Assembly (NCBI GenBank): GCA_964035545.1
Contig: OZ037765.1
Span: 27,031,504-27,095,503, forward strand
DNA length: 64,000 nucleotides
Origin: Bugula neritina
Taxonomy: Eukaryota; Animalia; Bryozoa
Reading direction: 5' to 3'
In this document: one piece after another, positions 49,620 through 64,000 of the stretch
Position numbering within the stretch: the stretch's first letter is position 1
Layout of the letters: every line of letters begins with the position of its first letter
The notes under the pieces: model-generated
Seen by the model: the letters and a program-made list of their open reading frames with translations, nothing else
What the model was told of the DNA's origin: nothing
The model's database searches: none
Translations under genes and position numbers: made by a program

Positions 49620-51050
49620 AGCAGCATAATTATATTGCCTACCAATACTACTATTAGACTATCACTCAAAACTGTTGGTTATTGTATCAGGTTATACTTA
49701 TTGTTATACTTATAGTTATTGTAGCATAAATTGTGACACCGTACAAAGTTAAACTTATTCGTGCAGTTAGTGTTACTTTTAGTGTTGCACATACTAAGAG
49801 TTATAGTAAATAAGTAATACTCATAGTCATACTGATACTGCTCGTGTTGCATTAACACCTATACGGCTATACTGATTACTATACGTACAGTTACACTTAC
49901 ACTTGGAGTTAATCTTATTGACTGAATTATTATTATAATTATATTTAATTTCATCAAACTTGAAGAAACATCAATTATTATATAATATATTAATTATATT
50001 TTAGTTTATAATAACCAAATTTAATATAAACTAGAACTTAAAGTTAAAGTAAAACTAAAAGTAAAAGTTAAATTGAAGAGCCAAAAACTGAAAAAAGTTA
50101 AAAACTGAACTCTAAATTTATCCAATATTACAATTAATAGAGCTTTAAGATTATCTTGGATAAAACTATCACCTGATCTAAATTTGAAGTAGAGTTGAAC
50201 CTGAACGTTTCAAAATAACCTTGATCTGGCACTCTCACACTCACACTCACACTCACACTGTAGTAGAAACACAGATCAAAATGAAAATGAAGATTTGTAT
50301 GTTAGTCTGACCTTGACCGCTGCTCTACGAATACACTGGCATTAAAATGCCAACTAGTCACCGCCGAAGCCAATAATATATTTATTACTAGACCTCATTG
50401 GTCTTCATCAAAACAAATCCATATCTAGTTTCACTTTCATTGTTGATAGCGTCAACAGTATTTATAATAATTGATGGTGGTAGTTCTAAAGTAATTAAAA
50501 ATAAATGTGACTATAATTGTAATTATTGTACTGAAAGCTTTACGAAACTGACAAATCATGTGTGCTACGCCATGATAATGATATATAACTGTAGGAAAGC
50601 TTAATGATGCTCATAACGATATTTATAATTATTAATTATAATATAGAAAATCTTTGTGGTTGTCAATACGACAATAGACATAGTAGTTAGTACTCAGTTA
50701 GCAGTACTAGTATTAATAGTAGTAGTACTCGTAGGTAGTAATTCAATTTGTAATCTGTAAAACCAAGTACCAACAGTAACTCTAGGTAGTTTAACCACGT
50801 ACTTAGTACTAATATCAATTCTACTATTGATTTACTTTTAGTAAACTAGTAAAACAAGGAACTAGTAACTGTAACTTGTAAGTGTAGCACGATTAAATTT
50901 AAATTATAATAATTCCTTTGCAATCTTTCAGTAAGTTCATACGCTAAACCGTACTGGTACTGATACCGATCAACTTGGAGTGATAGTAATACTGATAGTA
51001 ATAGTCAGTGTCACTATAAATATCCATGGTGATTATTATTATCTTGATAA
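49620..51050. promoter_or_regulatory. Putative divergent promoter region of GET1 (-) and NT5C2 (+) with periodic low-complexity tracts on both sides
   Basis: Genes are head-to-head. Periodic tracts lie at ~49620-50110 and ~50680-51050, with (CACACT)n at 50231-50260. Start sites not observed. Confidence 0.35.
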
Positions 51051-52969
51051 GTTTTACAAAGCAAACTGAAACGTTAATGTTACTGCTTCCTCGTGAATTT
51101 ATGTGGATGAACAGTAAGACCAAAGTAGAAGGATAAGAATTAAACACTACAATTTAAGTTTTGGCTTTAATTATTTAATGTAATAATAAAAATAATTATA
51201 ATTAATTTACTCAACTAACACCTCTCCTTCTAGTTTGAAATTATAGTAAATTAGAACTCTTTTCACATTGCTGGGCAAGTAGTTATCAAAAGAGTTCAAA
51301 CTGCCTCGAAATAAATATTGGTGTGTATATATAGATAAGAAAACTCAGTAAAAAATATTTGCAGTTATATAGGAAGTAAAAAAGACCAGTGGTATAAAAA
51401 AGAAAATAACCAAAAGTTATGTTTTTGCAAGAATTTCAACCTGCAGAAATTGAGTAATTTAGGCTATTGAAATTTCTTAGTTACTGCAGGTAAATGGGTA
51501 AAAAAATTAATTTTAGTTTAATTGACAAGTTTTTATATACAACAAAAATGCTTCTCATTGTCTTTAAATACTGAGGATCTTTTTTCACTTTAGACTTCAC
51601 TATATTATTAAATGCTTTATATGAAGGTAGAGTCTCAAAGCAGGGGGAAGTAGAGGCCTTCACGTAAAAGTATTACAAATATGTGAACTCAGATAATCTT
51701 TAGTCTATGACTGTCTATACGAAAAAAAAAAACAAACGGAGTTTATTTATTCTACATGATGCAATATATACTGCAAAAGTTTCTGCACCACTGTAGGTAA
51801 ATTGAATTACCTTTTAACAGGTATTATTAAAGCATTATATCCCCCTTACATCATGATTTCATAAGAAAATTGAAATGTTTTTAGTGGTCACACCTTTATG
51901 CTTGGTAATTTAATAAATTGCAAGCATTCTAATAATTTATATACATAGTATGGTGGAAAACTTAGAAATCAAAATAGTTGCTGTACAATCTGGGTTATCA
52001 ATATAAATGGTATTAATATAATTTCAAATATAGCCCTAGATGTAGCAATTTAGACTTATCAGTATAAATATCATTATAGAATAACATTTTCAATTCTACT
52101 ATTACGAATGGACATATTAACCTGCTATGTATGACTCATTGCAATTAAATGCCATGGAAGTATGGTTCACTATAGAAAGCATAATTATTGATTAGAAAGC
52201 ATATGGATGCAACTTGATAGTTCATTTTCCATGTGTTTACTGAACAATTGAATGTCTATACAAAGGTCAAGCTCAAGCCTGTTACTTTGCAACTGTAACT
52301 ATAATTGCACTAAAAGCTCATATTTTTTGGCTCAATAGTGTGAATTATGTGGAACTAGTATATCTAGTTTGAAGGTTTTAAAACCTGTTTATTATTAATT
52401 ATGTAAAAGCTTTAAATTACTTTGCTTTTTGAAGGATACTTTATGAGCTACAATTTTTTATTGCAGCTTGTTGTCTGTCTCGAAATTATTAGTTGATTTT
52501 ATTCTTTAATATTTTCCATAGAATAAGAATACACTAAAAAAATCCATAAAAATAATATTTAAATTTTTAATTACAAAATACATTTAACAATACTAAAACT
52601 ATACTTCCACATTTCTCCTTAGAATTTCCCATTCTTGTGCATTAGCAAGTCACCATTAATAGTAAAGTAGTCACAACACTGAATAAACTAAGTTATGTTA
52701 TTATCATTTTTTTATTTTCATACAAAAAGGTTAGTTTACTTTTAAAATGAATTAATCTCTGTTGTAACTATTTTATAATGCCATGAACTAGTCTAGCACA
52801 GGTTTTTCTATAAACTTATAAGATATATTTCATTAAATGGAGTTGTTTTACCCTGTCGGATTCGCTTCACTGCACCTGCGTGTATATATCATTATTGTGC
52901 TATCTTATGCAAGATATGATATTATTATGTTGACTAGTGACTGGAGCAGTGAGTATATAAAGCCCAAGC

Positions 52970-61814
<8,845 letters not shown>

Positions 61815-62493
61815 GTGTATTGGTTTTAGTGAGCTTATTGTAACTAGAGTTCACTTTCCACACTAATCTACGTTATTAGAGGGCTTCAATGGCAATTGAG
61901 AATTATTTAATCTATTAGTTTACATTATATTTCAAACTATATTGAGTTTTGGAATCTCCATTAATGTCTTCATTTAGGACATAGATAATGTGTTTACTTC
62001 TCAATGCTTAATACTCGCTTTCATAATTTTTTTCTGTTGAATAGTTATATATATTTTTATACTGTAGAACAGGCTATCAGCTACTGCTTTATGTACGACC
62101 AGCTAGAGCCGCGATAAAATGCTTCATTATTATATTTGTTACAGATTTCTGTTCATATTATTATAATTTCTCATTGCAGTCATGTTACCTTATATTTAAT
62201 TTTTATTTTTTATAAGTGATAAACTAAAATTAAAAATTAAGGAATCTGTAACTTGTAGCAAGCATACTATAGCTATAACCTCAGAATCTGTTTTATATTC
62301 ATAGAGCATACATCGGTTGTGTTTATTGCATATATTACTTTAAAATTTCTTTTATAATAATAAAAACAATCCGTCTGGTCAACACAAAATCTAAACAAAA
62401 TTTATCAATGTGGCATAAACATGTTGTACTACTGAGCACATGTACAGAGAAGCGAGTGGAGACAGGCGCAAGGCCAACAAACTTGAAGCAAAC

Positions 62494-63667
62494 TCAAGCT
62501 GCGAGTTCATCTTGGTTCCCTCTCTTGATAAGTGTAACAAATGCATCGTAATCGAATAACCCGCCAGATATGGGCGCCTCTTTCCACACTTGTCGGATTT
62601 CATCTTCCTTGAAGTTGTCTCCCATGTTTTGTAACAAATCCTTTATGCTAAAATTAGCAAATAATGTAAAGCAACATTGTAGTGTGTCAAAACAAAGCTA
62701 AAGCAAACTGAACAGCATAAAAAGAATTGTTTAATATTTAACTAACTATTCTTCTGGTAGTTTTCCTTTTCTGTCAGGATCAAACTGTTCAAACGCCTGT
62801 CTCAGTGTATTCTCAGGATCAGTACCTGTATGTAAGACACAGATTGAGTACTAAACATGCCATTAGTTGACCTTGAAAACTCAATTAACAGTTCAGATTG
62901 TTGTTTTTACGACATATTGGCTTGTGCGTATTCTGGTGCAAAAGCCACATTTTTGTAGAAAAAAAATTTGAAAACTGAAGATCCAAAACTGGGGTAATGT
63001 TTAAGGAAGGGTTTACATGAAACAGGCGACCTTCAAGGGTGGGTAACTGAATAGGGGCACTCATTCCATGCAATAGGTCTGATTCACCTGCATTTCTATA
63101 AGTATACGTGTTAATTTTTTTTAAAATAGTGAGAAATGCATACCTTTATTGAAAAATAAATGGTGATACCATTTTAAAGAGTGCTAATTTATCTACACAT
63201 CTCACCTTTTTAACTATCAATTGTTATCTGCAAAAATCATATAATGTTTTAATTTTCAATCATCATCTAAATTTTGGTATCTGCACTTTTTATAAAATAT
63301 ACGTAAGCACATTGTATAACACCCACATTATTAATAGAGAAAGACAGCATTAATTGTACGTATCAAAAACTTTGTAGTTAAGAAAAGGTTGCTTGAGTGT
63401 TTAGTTAAATATCAACTGTCAATTATATAACTAAGAAGTAAAAGCATGGTTATAAGAGAATCATCATTTAAACCTTGCTTAGTTCTCACCATGCATCTTT
63501 TCTCCAAATAAAGTTAGAAAGGAAGTAAAATTAAGCTGGCCGGGACATTCTGCAAGCATCTTTTTCAAGTCAGCTTCAGATGGTTGCCTTCCTAAGTTCA
63601 TGTGAATATCTCTCAAGTCATTTTCACCAATAAAGCCGTCACGATCAGCATCGATCATCGAAAATGC
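62494..63667 (-). CDS. Myosin regulatory light chain (invertebrate muscle type), 3' exons; 5' exon(s) not found in the window
   Basis: Exons 63667-63490 (AFSMIDADRDGFIGENDL EF-hand, LNFTSFLTLFGEKMH), 62825-62747 (GTDPENTLRQAFEQFD) and 62647-62494 (YIKDLLQNMGDNF...KEAPISGGLFDY), resembling molluscan RLC. Confidence 0.93.
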
Positions 63668-64000
63668 CTGCACCAAAACAAAGTAATGGTGAGAGAAAAT
63701 ATCATTCCCTGTAGATGCTTTCACAAAATATGTCTGCACTAAACTTTCTGATGAGATACCAAGAATATTCCATGAATTATTTAGCCGCTTTGGCCGTCAA
63801 AATTTCTATTCATAATACAAGTACTACTAATAAATTAATCATGTGCAATATGTCAAGTGTTGTGTTGAATAAAAAACAAAGCAACTAGCTACAATTTACT
63901 CCTGGGAAGAACTTTCACAGCCTGTCATACATATTTCATGCAGTTTTTAATTGTATCAAATAATGTTTTGCATTATTATAATAAATTATTTTGTGTTTGA

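Overview
AT-rich, gene-dense genomic DNA from an invertebrate animal with short GT-AG introns. The scallop-type myosin regulatory light chain points to a lophotrochozoan; that is inference and the species cannot be named. I assembled eight protein-coding genes by hand with phase-consistent splicing. In order: Axin (-, 5' part, runs off the left edge), FGFR1OP2/SIKE (+, 3 coding exons), GINS4/Sld5 (-, 5), tankyrase (+, 22, ~1181 aa), FGF receptor (-, 14, ~793 aa), GET1/WRB (-, intronless CDS), cytosolic purine 5'-nucleotidase NT5C2 (+, 11, ~568 aa) and myosin regulatory light chain (-, 3' part, runs off the right edge). Four things stand out. (1) Degenerate 3/6-bp-periodic A[CG]TATN tracts, partly self-complementary, cluster around three apparent divergent promoters and are not seen in internal introns. 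(2) Axin lies ~12.6 kb from its enzyme tankyrase, and both of its tankyrase-binding segments have altered spacing. (3) Long near-perfect fold-back hairpins fill much of the last introns of tankyrase and NT5C2. (4) Smaller items include a TAA-flanked MITE, a pentamer satellite with a 20-bp higher-order unit, a 39-nt FGFR micro-exon, and linkage matching the vertebrate 8p/10q paralogon. No rRNA, tRNA or CRISPR features were recognised.
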